From positions 3,044 through 67,043 of the forward strand of contig DYPD01000001.1 of the NCBI GenBank assembly GCA_020720115.1: DNA of 64,000 nt, in the 5' to 3' direction. This DNA comes from Thiomargarita sp. (GTDB lineage: Bacteria; Pseudomonadota; Gammaproteobacteria; Beggiatoales; Beggiatoaceae). Positions 29,525 to 40,240 of this stretch are shown in pieces. Both the position numbers and the translations under genes were made by a program. Position 1 is the stretch's first letter. Each line of letters opens with the position of its first letter. The notes under the pieces are model-generated. The model was given only the letters and a program-made list of their open reading frames with translations. It was not told the origin of the DNA and ran no database searches.

Positions 29525-32500
29525 TTAATTGAGCGTACGCTTTACCTGCGTCCGTTCGTAGACTTCGATCTGGTCGCCCGGTTTAACGTCATTGTAATCC
29601 TTCACGCCGATGCCGCATTCCATACCGGCTTTGACTTCGCCCACGTCGTCTTTGAAGCGCCGTAGCGATTCCAATGCGCCCTCGAAAATCACCACGTTGT
29701 CGCGTAACACGCGGATTGGATTGTTGCGTTTGACCGTGCCTTCCAGCACCAAGCAACCTGCCACTGCGCCGATTTTTGCCACGCGGAATACATCACGGAC
29801 TTCTGCCAAACCGATGATTTCTTCGCGGATTTCTGGCGATAACATGCCGTTAATGGCTTGTTTGACTTCATCAATGGCTTCGTAAATGATGCTGTAGTAG
29901 TGCAGATCAACTTCTTCTTCCTGCACTCGCCGCCGCGCTGAACTGTCGGCACGCACATTGAACCCAATTAAAATAGCTCCAGAAGCCACCGCAAGATTAA
30001 CATCAGATTCGGTAATGCCGCCCACACCGTGCGCCACTATAGCCACCTTGACCTCGCTGCTAGAGAGCTTGATGAGGGATTCGCTAAGGGCTTCCACCGA
30101 GCCTTGTACATCGGCTTTGAGCACAATGTTAAGGGTGTTGATTTTGCCTTCTTCCATTTGCGAAAAGACATTTTCCAGCTTGGCGGCGTGTTGCTTGGCA
30201 AGCTTGACTTCGCGGAATTTGCCTTGGCGAAACAGCGCAATTTCACGGGCTTTGCGTTCGTCTGCCACCATAGTGACTTCGTCTCCCGCCAAAGGTGTGC
30301 CGGATAAGCCCAGCACTTCAACCGGAACCGAAGGTCCAGCGTCTTTCACCGACTGACCGCTTTCGTCCAACAGGGCGCGTACTCGACCAAATTCTTGTCC
30401 TGCCAAGATCATGTCACCGCGATGCAAAGTACCGCGTTGCACCAGTACGGTTGCAATAGCCCCGCGTCCGCGATCCAGACGAGACTCAACCACCACGCCA
30501 TGCGCCGGACCGTCAGCAACAGTGCGCAATTCGAGCACTTCGGCTTGCAGCAAAATGCCTTCTAACAGGCTATCAATGCCCGTGCCTTTTTTCGCTGAAA
30601 CATAGACAAACATGGTGTCGCCGCCAAATTCTTCTGACACCACTTCGTGCATGAGCAGTTCTTGCTTGACACGCTCTGGGTCGGCTTCGGGTTTATCAAT
30701 TTTGTTGATCGCCACAATCATGGGCACTTTCGCTGCACGCGCATGTTGAATGGCTTCAACGGTACGCGGCATCACGCCGTCGTCAGCCGCCACGACCAGC
30801 ACCACAATGTCAGTAATTTTCGCACCACGCGCACGCATGGCGGTGAAAGCTTCGTGACCTGGGGTGTCAAGGAAGGTGATCATGCCGTGCTCAGTTTCAA
30901 CGTGATACGCGCCTATGTGCTGGGTAATGCCACCCGCTTCGCCCGCTGCAACACGGGTACGGCGGATGTAATCCAACAACGAGGTTTTACCATGATCCAC
31001 ATGCCCCATGATGGTGACAACGGGGGGACGCGGCACTTCGTCGCCGTCGCTTTTCATTTCTGCCAGTTCCGCTTCCAGATCGTTTTCTTTCAACATGAGC
31101 GGAACATGCCCCATTTCCTCCACCACAATAGCAGCGGTTTCTTGGTCAATCACCTGATTGATGGTCACCATAGTGCCCATTTTCATCATGGTTTTGATGA
31201 CTTCAGCGGCTTTGATGGACATCTTTTGCGCCAGTTCGCCCACCGTAATGGTTTCTGGAATCCCCACTTCATGCACCATAGGCGCAGTAGGACGAGTAAA
31301 ACCATGTTTGTTTTCAACGGCTTTAGACTGTGCAGAGGTTTTGTTCTTTTTGCGCAGGCGACGCTGCTTTTCTTCCTGCTCTGGCGTCAGTTGCTTATCT
31401 TTGCGCCCACCACCGCGACTGTCTTTGTTTTCGCGTCCTTCAGGGCGATCTGTGCGGACGCTTTTCTTCTTCGCGCCACCACCGCCACCCGCGCCAGGAC
31501 CCGCAGTGTGACCTGCACTATGACCCGCATTGTGGGTGTGGGTTGCTGGCTTTTTCACCTCTTGCCCACCAGTGGCAGCAGGACGATTATCACTTGAGCG
31601 TGGTGCAGGTTTGCGTCTGTCGTCAGTGGGTTTATGGGCAGCGGGACGCCGATCTGTTCTAGCCGTCTGGGTTTGTGCTCCAGCAGGGCGCGTTTTTTGA
31701 GTAGTTGGAGTAGTCACAGGCGCATGTTTCTGCACCACTGGCTCTGCAATGGCTTGCGCTTCAACCGTGTCAACCGGTTTAACCGGCTCAACAGTTACAC
31801 TCTCGGCGTTAGCAGCGGCAGCAGCAGCAGCAGCTGTTTCAGCAATTAACTGACTTTCTTCCACATAATAGGTGGTTTCTGCAGCGGCTGCTTTTTGGCT
31901 TTGTTTGCGTGCCAGTGCTTCAGCTTCTTTCGCTTCTTTGCGTGCGCGTTCTAGCGCCCGTTCTTGTGCGCGTTCTTCGGCTTCTTGTTTTTGCCGTTGA
32001 ATTTCTACCGCGTCTGCTTGCCGTCGCACAGCTTCTACAGCATCACGCTGTTTACGCTGTTCAAGTTCTTTAGCTTCACGTTCTTGGCGAGCTTTTTCTT
32101 CTGCTTTGCGTTTGATTTCTGCTTCAATACCGCGTTGGGTTTCTTCCGAATGGGTATTGTGATGGATCATCGCCGCTACTTGAGGCGCCTCGTCAGCGGC
32201 GCTACGCTGGATGTAGGTGCGCTTTTTACGCACCTCAATGCTAACGGTTTTCTTACCTTGTGCGCTAGGCACTTTCAACTCGCTGATGGTTTTACGCTTT
32301 AAGGTAATTTTCTTTTTCTCCGCTTCATTATCTTTACCATGTACATGCCGCAAATGGGTCAATAATCGGCGTTTTTCGTTCTCATCAATATGGTCGTCGA
32401 CATTTTTGGCAGCTAATCCGGCCTCGCCTAATTGCGTCAACAAAAGGTCAATAGGGATCCCCACGTCGTTTGCAAATTGTCGTATTGTTACTTCAGCCAT
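29525..32500 (-). CDS. infB: translation initiation factor IF-2
   Basis: [20 protein letters not shown] and NKID G-domain motifs. Charged low-complexity N-terminal region. Confidence 0.97.
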   Translation of the reverse strand: MAEVTIRQFANDVGIPIDLLLTQLGEAGLAAKNVDDHIDENEKRRLLTHLRHVHGKDNEAEKKKITLKRKTISELKVPSAQGKKTVSIEVRKKRTYIQRSAADEAPQVAAMIHHNTHSEETQRGIEAEIKRKAEEKARQEREAKELEQRKQRDAVEAVRRQADAVEIQRQKQEAEERAQERALERARKEAKEAEALARKQSQKAAAAETTYYVEESQLIAETAAAAAAAANAESVTVEPVKPVDTVEAQAIAEPVVQKHAPVTTPTTQKTRPAGAQTQTARTDRRPAAHKPTDDRRKPAPRSSDNRPAATGGQEVKKPATHTHNAGHSAGHTAGPGAGGGGGAKKKSVRTDRPEGRENKDSRGGGRKDKQLTPEQEEKQRRLRKKNKTSAQSKAVENKHGFTRPTAPMVHEVGIPETITVGELAQKMSIKAAEVIKTMMKMGTMVTINQVIDQETAAIVVEEMGHVPLMLKENDLEAELAEMKSDGDEVPRPPVVTIMGHVDHGKTSLLDYIRRTRVAAGEAGGITQHIGAYHVETEHGMITFLDTPGHEAFTAMRARGAKITDIVVLVVAADDGVMPRTVEAIQHARAAKVPMIVAINKIDKPEADPERVKQELLMHEVVSEEFGGDTMFVYVSAKKGTGIDSLLEGILLQAEVLELRTVADGPAHGVVVESRLDRGRGAIATVLVQRGTLHRGDMILAGQEFGRVRALLDESGQSVKDAGPSVPVEVLGLSGTPLAGDEVTMVADERKAREIALFRQGKFREVKLAKQHAAKLENVFSQMEEGKINTLNIVLKADVQGSVEALSESLIKLSSSEVKVAIVAHGVGGITESDVNLAVASGAILIGFNVRADSSARRRVQEEEVDLHYYSIIYEAIDEVKQAINGMLSPEIREEIIGLAEVRDVFRVAKIGAVAGCLVLEGTVKRNNPIRVLRDNVVIFEGALESLRRFKDDVGEVKAGMECGIGVKDYNDVKPGDQIEVYERTQVKRTLN

Positions 32501-32520
32501 GTAGCTTTACCTCCTTATAC

Positions 32521-34017
32521 CTAGTCCTGCTTCTCGTCAGCAAACCAGGGCGCACGCGCCGTCATGATTAAAGCCGCAGCGCGAGCTTCATCCATGTGTT
32601 CTAGTTCCAGTAAATCGTCAACCGCCTGTTCTGCCAAGTCATCCAACGTGGTTATGCCACGGCTTGCCAATTGATACGCCAGGATTTCATCCATACCTTC
32701 CATTGCTAACAATTCTGCTGAAGGGGCTTGGCTTTCCAATAATTCCTCATTGGCGATTTCCTGCGTAACTAAGGCATCTTTTGCGCGATTGCGCAATTCT
32801 TCTACTATGTTTTCATCAAAGCCTTCAATGTCGAGTATTTCATTCAAAGGTACATAAGCCACTTCCTCAATAGTAGAGAAACCTTCGGCGACTAATAAAC
32901 CCGCCACATCTTCATCTACATCCAGTTTATTCATAAACAATTGGACTAGGCTATGTACTTCCACTTCTTGTTTCTTTTCCGCTTCTGAAGCGGTCATTAC
33001 ATTCAGATGCCAACCGGTCAATTGGCTGGCTAATTTAACATTCTGTCCGCCGCGCCCGATGGCTTGAGAAAGCTGATCTTCGGCAACTGCTACATCCATG
33101 CTGTGCGCATCTTCGTCAATGATGATAGACACCACTTCTGCAGGAGACATGGCATTAATCACGAATTTTGCTGGATTTTCGTCCCACAAAATAATGTCCA
33201 CGCGCTCGCCGCCTAACTCGCCAGACACCGCCTGCACCCGTGAACCGCGCATTCCAACGCACGCGCCCACTGGATCAATGCGCGGGTCTTGCGTATGCAC
33301 CGCGATTTTGGCGCGAGAGCCAGGATCACGCGCTGCATGGACCACTTTGATCAGACCTTCGTTAATTTCCGGTACTTCTAACTTAAATAATTCAATTAAC
33401 AATTCTGGTGCTACGCGGCTGATCAATAACTGAGGACCGCGACTTTCCGGTTTGACGCTACGCAAATACCCGCGAATACGATCCCCTAAGCGCACAGATT
33501 CACGCGGCAGCATTTCGTCGCGGTTAATCACGGCTTCGACATTGTTACCTAAGTCTAGGATAACATTGCCTTTTTCAACGCGCTTTACAATCCCGCTGAG
33601 TAATTCGCCAACCCGCGCTAGATAAGCAGCAACCACTTGCGCCCGCTCGGCTTCGCGCACTTTCTGCATAATGACTTGGCGGGCAGTTTGCGCTGCAATG
33701 CGCCCAAAAGCCACAGATTCCATCGCTTCAACCAAAGTCTCGCCGACCAAAATCCCCGGCTTTTTAGCTTGTGCAGCAGTTAAGCTAATCTGGCGTTCTT
33801 CAGATTCAAACGCCTCATCATTCACCACGACCCAGCGCCGCTGAGTAATGTAGTCACCGGTATGACGATCAATTTTGATTTCTACATCCCAATCATAGCC
33901 GTAGCGTTTTTTGGTTGCATTGACCAGTGCGCATTCCAGCGCCTCAAAAATAATATTTTTATCTACGCCTTTTTCATTGGACACCATGTCCACGACGACT
34001 AAAATTTCTTTACTCAT
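32521..34017 (-). CDS. nusA: transcription termination/antitermination factor NusA
   Basis: MSKEILVVVDMVSNEKGVDKNIIFEALECAL, S1/KH regions, C-terminal acidic repeats. Upstream of infB. Confidence 0.97.
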   Translation of the reverse strand: MSKEILVVVDMVSNEKGVDKNIIFEALECALVNATKKRYGYDWDVEIKIDRHTGDYITQRRWVVVNDEAFESEERQISLTAAQAKKPGILVGETLVEAMESVAFGRIAAQTARQVIMQKVREAERAQVVAAYLARVGELLSGIVKRVEKGNVILDLGNNVEAVINRDEMLPRESVRLGDRIRGYLRSVKPESRGPQLLISRVAPELLIELFKLEVPEINEGLIKVVHAARDPGSRAKIAVHTQDPRIDPVGACVGMRGSRVQAVSGELGGERVDIILWDENPAKFVINAMSPAEVVSIIIDEDAHSMDVAVAEDQLSQAIGRGGQNVKLASQLTGWHLNVMTASEAEKKQEVEVHSLVQLFMNKLDVDEDVAGLLVAEGFSTIEEVAYVPLNEILDIEGFDENIVEELRNRAKDALVTQEIANEELLESQAPSAELLAMEGMDEILAYQLASRGITTLDDLAEQAVDDLLELEHMDEARAAALIMTARAPWFADEKQD

Positions 34018-34160
34018 AAGCGTTCCCTTTTACCCCCGATCTGTCTCCCGCCATACTCGTTTAATCGCTCTTATCAGACGCGCCCGAAAACAGGGTTAAA
34101 ACCTTATAAAACAAGATGCTGAAAGCACACTGAAGTGATGTTACTGGCGTTCTTACGCAA

Positions 34161-34664
34161 CTATAACTCAGGCACCAAATGCGCTTTATCCACCTGAGCA
34201 TAAGGTAAACGATAAAGCACCTTATCTATTTCTACTAATATCTCGTTATGCTCCACACCCAGCAAAAGCCCATTAAAATTACGTCTGGGTGCGCCCTCAG
34301 CCATCGGCAGTGGACGCTGCAAGCGAATTTTTGCCTGCTGTCCAATAAAACGGCTAAAGTGCTCTAGTGCAAACAGCGGTCGGTCTAAGCCCGGGGAAGA
34401 CACTTCTAGCGTATATTGCCCACGAATCGGGTCTTCCACTTCCAATACACCGCTGACTTGGTACGACACCGCCTCGCAATCGTCAATTCCGATCCCCTCA
34501 GGATGATCAATATACAGGCGCAACAAGGTATCGTGCCGCCCTTGGCTCAGGCTTTCTACACCCAGCAATTCATAACCCAGCCCGTTGACGACTGGTTGCA
34601 AAAGTTCAGTTAAGGCTTTATGCAGCAAAGTTTTACTGTCTCCATAAACAAAAAGTGGGCACAA
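34161..34664 (-). CDS. rimP: ribosome maturation factor RimP
   Basis: LTELLQPVVNGLGYELLGVE...LRLYIDHPEGIGIDDCEAVS...YTLEVSSPGLDRPL. The true start may be an internal non-ATG codon. Confidence 0.85.
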   Translation of the reverse strand: MCPLFVYGDSKTLLHKALTELLQPVVNGLGYELLGVESLSQGRHDTLLRLYIDHPEGIGIDDCEAVSYQVSGVLEVEDPIRGQYTLEVSSPGLDRPLFALEHFSRFIGQQAKIRLQRPLPMAEGAPRRNFNGLLLGVEHNEILVEIDKVLYRLPYAQVDKAHLVPEL

Positions 34665-34744
34665 TGCCCACGTTTTTTCAGCTATTCTGTGCGCTTTGGG
34701 GCATTTCTATGCGCTAAAGCGTCTCTACAAAAAGGCTTCTGCAA

Positions 34745-34773
34745 TAAAAAAACCCCGGAAACGGGGCTTTTTT
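34745..34773. terminator. strong bidirectional terminator-like hairpin upstream of rimP
   Basis: aaaaaaaaCCCCGgaaaCGGGGctttttt. Confidence 0.6.
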
Positions 34774-35067
34774 GCAACTGCGCAACTGCATCTATGCGCC
34801 TTACGCGAACATCCTTAAAGCAATTAAGCCAGCCATTCTAAAGTATTTGCAATAGCATAGCAACTTATTGAGTTTTTTTGCGCATCCTGAAAGGGAAGAT
34901 GATAAACCAATCTTGGATTGTTACCAGGCGTTGCTGTGTGAGATTGTTTTTGGGGCGGCTATCTCTCGTTTTCATAAACATTGCAACGCGCTAGACTGAG
35001 CTGTCGTCGCTCTAGCAGTCCAACATTTCGTAGACCATGCCACCGAAAACCTGAGTTAAAAACGCAG

Positions 35068-35307
35068 ATGCCTCGTATAGAACAGCTTATCCAAGACCCG
35101 AATGTTAAAGAATGTTTTGCTTTGATTTACGCGCCGCGCCAGCAAAAGCGTGGGCGTTTCCCTGATAATTGCGTGCAAGTGGTGGCATCGCGTGAAGCTG
35201 CGTTAGCGGGTGCAAAACCGCTGGAGCATCTGCATCCGGCGATTGTTTGCGGTCCTTCGCGTTCTTCGGAGGGCTTTATGCTGTTTTATTTGGTGCAGTG
35301 GTTGTAA
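35068..35307 (+). CDS. hypothetical 79-aa protein (weak call)
   Basis: Internal ATG of track ORF 34981..35307 (MPRIEQLIQDPNVKECFALIYAPRQQKRGRF...). Composition resembles the core genes. There is no clear SD and no family I recognise. Confidence 0.3.
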   Translation: MPRIEQLIQDPNVKECFALIYAPRQQKRGRFPDNCVQVVASREAALAGAKPLEHLHPAIVCGPSRSSEGFMLFYLVQWL

Positions 35308-35313
35308 GACTGG

Positions 35314-35889
35314 TTACAGAAAGTGAATAGAATAGCCGAAAGTGTGCATGTCGGGTACTGCATTGCGTAGTTCTAAGCTGACATGCACCGGTTGGTTGGG
35401 TTGTAATTGGGTGGTTACTTCGCTGGCGTTGAGATACTCTTGCGGGGCTAAACGCCGAATGCCAATGACTTGATTTTTCTCATCTTCAAAGCGAATTTCT
35501 AAGCCTGGATAGGGCTGTGGAAAGGTTGCTTGGTTGGCGAAAATAAAATGCAGCAGCACTGCGCCTTGGTAGGTTTCATGTTTACCCATGAAATTGTTGC
35601 TGACATGCAGTTGGTCTAATGCGCGGGTGACAGGCAACTGACAGCTTGCGTAGTAGCAGAATTTTTCTAACCAGGGGCGAATCTGTGCATGTTGTAGCAC
35701 ATAATCGCGCTGCGTGAACCAAAAATATTGCGCGACCAGTGCGGCTAAAAGCAACAATCCGCAGAAGCTCCAAAACAGGGTGCTACGCCTGCGCTTGCGG
35801 GCTAAACGGGCTTCTTCCTCCGCGACCAGTTCATGCAGAATTTCTTCTTCGGTGAGTTTTTCGGGGGGATGCGCGTTGCTGTTAGCCAT
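35314..35889 (-). CDS. DUF3426 domain membrane protein
   Basis: Single TM (LFWSFCGLLLLAALVAQYFWF) followed by a beta-rich domain ...LHFIFANQATFPQPYPGLEIRFEDEKNQVIGIRRLAPQEYL, typical of DUF3426. Confidence 0.65.
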   Translation of the reverse strand: MANSNAHPPEKLTEEEILHELVAEEEARLARKRRRSTLFWSFCGLLLLAALVAQYFWFTQRDYVLQHAQIRPWLEKFCYYASCQLPVTRALDQLHVSNNFMGKHETYQGAVLLHFIFANQATFPQPYPGLEIRFEDEKNQVIGIRRLAPQEYLNASEVTTQLQPNQPVHVSLELRNAVPDMHTFGYSIHFL

Positions 35890-35897
35890 TGTTTTTC

Positions 35898-36680
35898 CTA
35901 TAAAATTTCCATACCCATGACATGATAACCGGCGTCTACATAGATCACTTCGCCAGTGATGCCAGCGGCTAAATCAGAACAAAGGAAGGCGCTGGCATTG
36001 CCGACGTCTTCAATGCTGACGTTGCGACGTAGCGGTGCGGTTTTTTCGGCACGGTCTAACATGCTGCGAAAGTCGCTGATGCCAGAAGCGGCGAGGGTGC
36101 GAATGGGTCCGGCAGACACAGCATTAACGCGAATACCTTCAGGTCCTAAGCTGCTTGCCATGTAACGTACATTGGCTTCAAGGCTGGCTTTTGCCAATCC
36201 CATGAGATTGTAGTTCGGTAGCACGCGCTCTGAACCTAAATAAGTCATGGTGACGAGTGCGGCGTTGCGTCCTTGCATCAGGCTGCGTCCGGCTTTTGCC
36301 AATGCGGTGAAGCTATAGGCGCTGATGTCGTGGGCGATTTTGAAGGCTTCGCGGGTGCAACCTTCAATAAAGTCGCCTTTTAGAGCGTCGCCGGGTGCGA
36401 AAGCCACTGAATGCACAATGCAGTCCAAACCATCCCAGGTTTTTTGCAGTTCGGCAAACACTGCGGCAATTTCCTCATCGCTGCTGACATCGCAAGGCAA
36501 CACCAGGCTGGAATTGCACTCAGCCGCTAATTTTTCTACCCGACTCTGTAATTTTTCCCCCTGAAAAGTGAACGCCAGTTCTGCGCCCTCGCGGTGCATG
36601 GCTTGCGCCACGCCCCAAGCGATTGAGCGATTGCTTGCCACGCCCACAATCAGGGCTTTTTTGCCCGCTAAGAATCCCAT
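35898..36680 (-). CDS. fabI: enoyl-[acyl-carrier-protein] reductase (NADH) FabI
   Basis: [59 protein letters not shown]. Confidence 0.95.
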   Translation of the reverse strand: MGFLAGKKALIVGVASNRSIAWGVAQAMHREGAELAFTFQGEKLQSRVEKLAAECNSSLVLPCDVSSDEEIAAVFAELQKTWDGLDCIVHSVAFAPGDALKGDFIEGCTREAFKIAHDISAYSFTALAKAGRSLMQGRNAALVTMTYLGSERVLPNYNLMGLAKASLEANVRYMASSLGPEGIRVNAVSAGPIRTLAASGISDFRSMLDRAEKTAPLRRNVSIEDVGNASAFLCSDLAAGITGEVIYVDAGYHVMGMEIL

Positions 36681-36796
36681 AATAGCTTCTCCTTAAGTCT
36701 TGTTTTGAAAGGCGCAGAGTATAGCAAATAACTGGCGGTTGAAGCTGCTGCCAAGTTTTGCAGGCTACGCTAAAACCTATGGGCTATGTACAATAC

Positions 36797-36842
36797 GCGG
36801 GTTTCTTTGCAACCCGCTCTGGCGGGTTGTCTTCTATTGTTT
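36797..36842 (+). promoter_or_regulatory. argG leader: mutually exclusive hairpins, the second followed by a U-rich tract (attenuator/terminator-like)
   Basis: A=GCGGGTT (36797-36803), B=AACCCGC (36811-36817), C=GCGGGTT (36822-36828), then gtcttctattgttt. B can pair with either A or C. The element ends 24 nt before the argG ATG. Confidence 0.35.
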
Positions 36843-36865
36843 GGCTAAAACTCAGGTAAAACAGC

Positions 36866-38083
36866 ATGTCTAAGGTCAATAAAATTGTGCTCGCCTATTC
36901 AGGCGGTTTGGATACTTCGATTATTTTGCGCTGGTTACAAGAAGAATATCAGGCAGAAATCGTCACTTTCACCGCAGATATTGGGCAGGAAGAAGAACTT
37001 GAACCGGCTCGCGCCAAAGCTGAAGCAATGGGCGCAAAAGCTATCTACATTGAAGATTTGCGCGAAGAATTTGTGCGGGATTTTGTTTATCCCATGTTCC
37101 GTGCTAATGCGATTTACGAAGGTGAATATTTGCTCGGTACTTCAATTGCGCGTCCGCTGATTGCCAAGCGCATGGTGGAGATTGCCAAAGAAACCGGCGC
37201 AGATGCCATTTCACATGGCGCAACCGGCAAAGGCAATGATCAGGTGCGTTTCGAGTTGGGCGCTTATGCGCTAAAACCGGATGTCAAAGTCATAGCGCCT
37301 TGGCGCATTTGGGACATGACTTCACGCGAAAAACTCATGGCGTATGCAGAAAAACACGGGATTCCAGTAGAAATGAAGCGCGGCACTAAATCGCCCTACT
37401 CAATGGATGCCAATTTGTTGCACATTTCTTATGAAGGGGATTTGTTAGAAAATCCTTGGAATGCGCCGGAAGAAGCCATGTGGCGCTGGTCAGTTGCACC
37501 CGAAGCCGCGCCTGATGTCGCCACCGAATTAGAACTGACTTTTGCGGGCGGCGATATTGTTGCGGTCAACAATGAACTGCTGTCGCCCGCGCAAGTGTTA
37601 GCTTATTTGAACAAAATCGCCGGTGAAAATGGCGTTGGGCGCTTAGATTTAGTAGAAAATCGCTATGTCGGCATGAAATCACGCGGTTGCTACGAAACCC
37701 CCGGCGGCACTGTGATGCTCAAAGCCCACCGCGCTATGGAATCCTTAACCCTAGACCGCGAAGTGGCGCATCTGAAAGACGACCTCATGCCGCGCTACGC
37801 CAGCCTGATTTACAACGGCTATTGGTGGAGTCCTGAGCGCAAAATGCTGCAAACCATGATTGATCAAACGCAAAGTGTGGTGAATGGCAAAGTGCGTGTG
37901 AAGTTGTACAAAGGCAATGTGATTGTCACCGGACGCCACTCCGACAACGATAGCCTGTTTGACGCCACCATCGCCACCTTTGAAGACGATGCAGGCGCTT
38001 ACAACCAATTCGACGCTGAAGGTTTCATTAAACTCAACGCCTTGCGGATGCGCATCGCCGCTCGTTTAGGGCGCGAAGTTTAA
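36866..38083 (+). CDS. argG: argininosuccinate synthase
   Basis: [47 protein letters not shown]. Confidence 0.97.
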   Translation: MSKVNKIVLAYSGGLDTSIILRWLQEEYQAEIVTFTADIGQEEELEPARAKAEAMGAKAIYIEDLREEFVRDFVYPMFRANAIYEGEYLLGTSIARPLIAKRMVEIAKETGADAISHGATGKGNDQVRFELGAYALKPDVKVIAPWRIWDMTSREKLMAYAEKHGIPVEMKRGTKSPYSMDANLLHISYEGDLLENPWNAPEEAMWRWSVAPEAAPDVATELELTFAGGDIVAVNNELLSPAQVLAYLNKIAGENGVGRLDLVENRYVGMKSRGCYETPGGTVMLKAHRAMESLTLDREVAHLKDDLMPRYASLIYNGYWWSPERKMLQTMIDQTQSVVNGKVRVKLYKGNVIVTGRHSDNDSLFDATIATFEDDAGAYNQFDAEGFIKLNALRMRIAARLGREV

Positions 38084-38186
38084 GCAGCTTGTAAAACACT
38101 TGTAAAAGTAGTCTAGGGTTTGCGCCCTATGTTTTTGGCGGCGCAAACCCCAAAAAACCCAATTTGCTAGGTCTTCAAAGGAGAAA

Positions 38187-39965
38187 ATGGATATGAGCAT
38201 CAACCGTCGAGAATTTCTACAACTCATCAGCGCCGCTGCTGCTGCTGGATTATTTCCCGCGTCCAGTTTTGCCGCCCAAAAACAACCGAGCGCACTCTAC
38301 GAAGTGCCCAATTTCGGCAACGCCCGTTTGCTACATTTCACCGACTGCCACGCGCAATTGTTGCCGGTTTATTTCCGCGAACCCAACGTCAACCTCGGCG
38401 TACACGGCATGTTAGGCAAGGCGCCGCATCTGGTTGGCGACAAATTGCTGCAACACTTCGGTGTCAAAGCCGGCAGCATCGAAGCCCATGCGCTGACCTA
38501 TCTGGGTTTCGACAAAGAAGCGGCAAAATACGGCAAAATCGGCGGTTTTGCGCATTTAGCCACGCTGGTTAAACAACTGCGCGACAGTTTTGGCAGCAAC
38601 AAAACCCTGCTACTTGACGGCGGCGACACCTGGCAAGGCTCAGGCACTGCCCTGTGGACACGCGGCATGGACATGGTCGGCGCCTGCAACCTGTTGGGCG
38701 TGGATGTCATGACCGGACACTGGGAATTTACCTACCTAGAAGAAGAAATTTTTGCCAACCTTGAAGCCTTCAAAGGCGATTTTGTTGCGCAAAACATTAA
38801 GGTTAAAGAAGAAGCCAGCTTTGATTACGGACACGACTACGACGAAAACAGCTACCACGCTTTCAAACCCTATGTCATCAAAGACTTAGGCGGCGTGCGT
38901 GCCGCCATCATCGGACAAGCCTTTCCCTACACCCCAATCGCCAATCCCGCCCGTTTCATCCCCAACTGGACCTTCGGTATCAACGACCAAGACATGCAGG
39001 ACTTGGTAGACAAAATCCGCGCCGAAGAAAAACCCGACCTGGTCATCGTCCTCTCCCACAACGGCATGGACGTAGACTTAAAAATGGCATCCCGCGTCAT
39101 CGGCATTGACGCCATCATGGGCGGACACACCCATGACGGAATGCCCGCGCCCACCGAAGTAAAAAACCCAGGCGGCATTACCCTCGTCACCAACGCCGGC
39201 TCCAACGGCAAATTCCTCGGCGTATTAGATTTTGCCGTCAAAAATGGCAAAGTCAGCGGCTACCAATACCGCTTGCTGCCCCTCTTCTCCGAGCTACTCG
39301 CAGCCGATCCCGCCATGGCCGCTTACATCGAAAAAACCCGTGCACCGCACTTAAGCAAACTGCAAGAAGAACTCGCTGTTGCCGATCAACTCCTGTACCG
39401 ACGTGGCAACTTCAACGGCACTTTTGACCAACTCATCTGCGACGCCCTGCGCGTACAAAGCGACGCACAAATCGCCCTCTCTCCAGGCTTTCGCTGGGGC
39501 ACCAGCGTCCTACCCGGACAAGCCATCACCATGGAACACATACTGGATCAAACCGGCATGACCTACCCAGAAACCTATGTGCGCGACATGAAAGGGCGCG
39601 ACATCCACCTGATTTTAGAAGACGTGTGCGACAACCTGTTCAACAGCGATCCCTACCGTCAACAAGGTGGCGACATGGTGCGCGTCGGCGGTATGGATTA
39701 CGTCTGCGATCCCACCGCCGAAATGGGTAGCCGCATCAAAGACATGCGCCTAGACGACGGCAGCACAATAGACCTGGAAAAAAATTACAAAGTGGCAGGC
39801 TGGGCAACTGTCGGCAGTGCATCCCCCGGCGCCCCCGTGTGGGAATTGGTCGCCGACTACCTACGCGACCGCAAAACCGCCAAACTGGACAAAATAAACA
39901 CACCTAAACTCATGAATGTAAAGAACAATCCTGGTTTAGTAGACTATATGGGAGCGATAGTTTAG
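38187..39965 (+). CDS. soxB: thiosulfohydrolase SoxB
   Basis: Tat signal NRREFLQLISAAAAAGL..FA. Dimetal phosphoesterase motifs (FTDCHAQL, GGDTWQGS, GHWEF, LSHNG, GGHTHD) plus a 5'-nucleotidase-like C-domain. The size fits SoxB. Confidence 0.88.
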   Translation: MDMSINRREFLQLISAAAAAGLFPASSFAAQKQPSALYEVPNFGNARLLHFTDCHAQLLPVYFREPNVNLGVHGMLGKAPHLVGDKLLQHFGVKAGSIEAHALTYLGFDKEAAKYGKIGGFAHLATLVKQLRDSFGSNKTLLLDGGDTWQGSGTALWTRGMDMVGACNLLGVDVMTGHWEFTYLEEEIFANLEAFKGDFVAQNIKVKEEASFDYGHDYDENSYHAFKPYVIKDLGGVRAAIIGQAFPYTPIANPARFIPNWTFGINDQDMQDLVDKIRAEEKPDLVIVLSHNGMDVDLKMASRVIGIDAIMGGHTHDGMPAPTEVKNPGGITLVTNAGSNGKFLGVLDFAVKNGKVSGYQYRLLPLFSELLAADPAMAAYIEKTRAPHLSKLQEELAVADQLLYRRGNFNGTFDQLICDALRVQSDAQIALSPGFRWGTSVLPGQAITMEHILDQTGMTYPETYVRDMKGRDIHLILEDVCDNLFNSDPYRQQGGDMVRVGGMDYVCDPTAEMGSRIKDMRLDDGSTIDLEKNYKVAGWATVGSASPGAPVWELVADYLRDRKTAKLDKINTPKLMNVKNNPGLVDYMGAIV

Positions 39966-40033
39966 GGCAATTATAAACAGGTTCTTTTCAAATCGCGGTG
40001 AAAGTCGTTGACAACAGCGGTTTAGAAAGCCAT

Positions 40034-40194
40034 GTAGGGTGGGCAAAAGCCGTCCGTGATATGGGAAAAGAATTTGAATTAACCACGGCGTTGCCCACCA
40101 TTCGGGTAGTATTGAAGCATCGAATGGTGGGTAAATTCCGTGGTAATTATGTGCCAACAAATGAAATTCATTGGACGGAATTAGCCCACCCTAC
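40034..40194. repeat. MITE/REP-like element with nested inverted repeats
   Basis: Outer arms GTAGGGTGGGCaaaagCCGTCC (40034-40055) and GGACGGaattaGCCCACCCTAC (40173-40194). Inner perfect 11-bp hairpin CCCACCATTCG (40094-40104) / CGAATGGTGGG (40121-40131). Confidence 0.55.
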
Positions 40195-40240
40195 ACGGCT
40201 GTTAAAATAGAAAATTGATACAGTCTTATGTTAAAGGAGT

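Noticed and set aside
30647-31597. 316-aa plus-strand ORF, with several shorter ones between 29610 and 32504
   Set aside because: Entirely antisense to infB, whose identity is unambiguous. The translation is His/Phe/Arg-rich and of low plausibility.
31805-31830. (GCA)n trinucleotide run
   Set aside because: It lies within the low-complexity Ala-rich linker of IF-2. It is ordinary coding microsatellite-like sequence, not a regulatory repeat.
34018-34160. 143-bp gap between rimP and nusA, inspected for an RNA gene or small ORF
   Set aside because: I found no hairpin, tRNA-like sequence or ORF. It is probably just a longer-than-usual spacer or an effect of a misplaced rimP stop or start.
38116-38150. 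11-bp-stem hairpin GGGTTTGCGCC / GGCGCAAACCC between argG and soxB
   Set aside because: It could terminate argG, but it lacks a downstream T-run on either strand. Support was not strong enough to list it as a terminator.
39936-40210. 74-aa minus-strand and 70-aa plus-strand ORFs after soxB
   Set aside because: Both are read through the nested inverted-repeat element. Their 'protein' sequences (VGWAKAV.., MVGKF..) are artefacts of the repeat.
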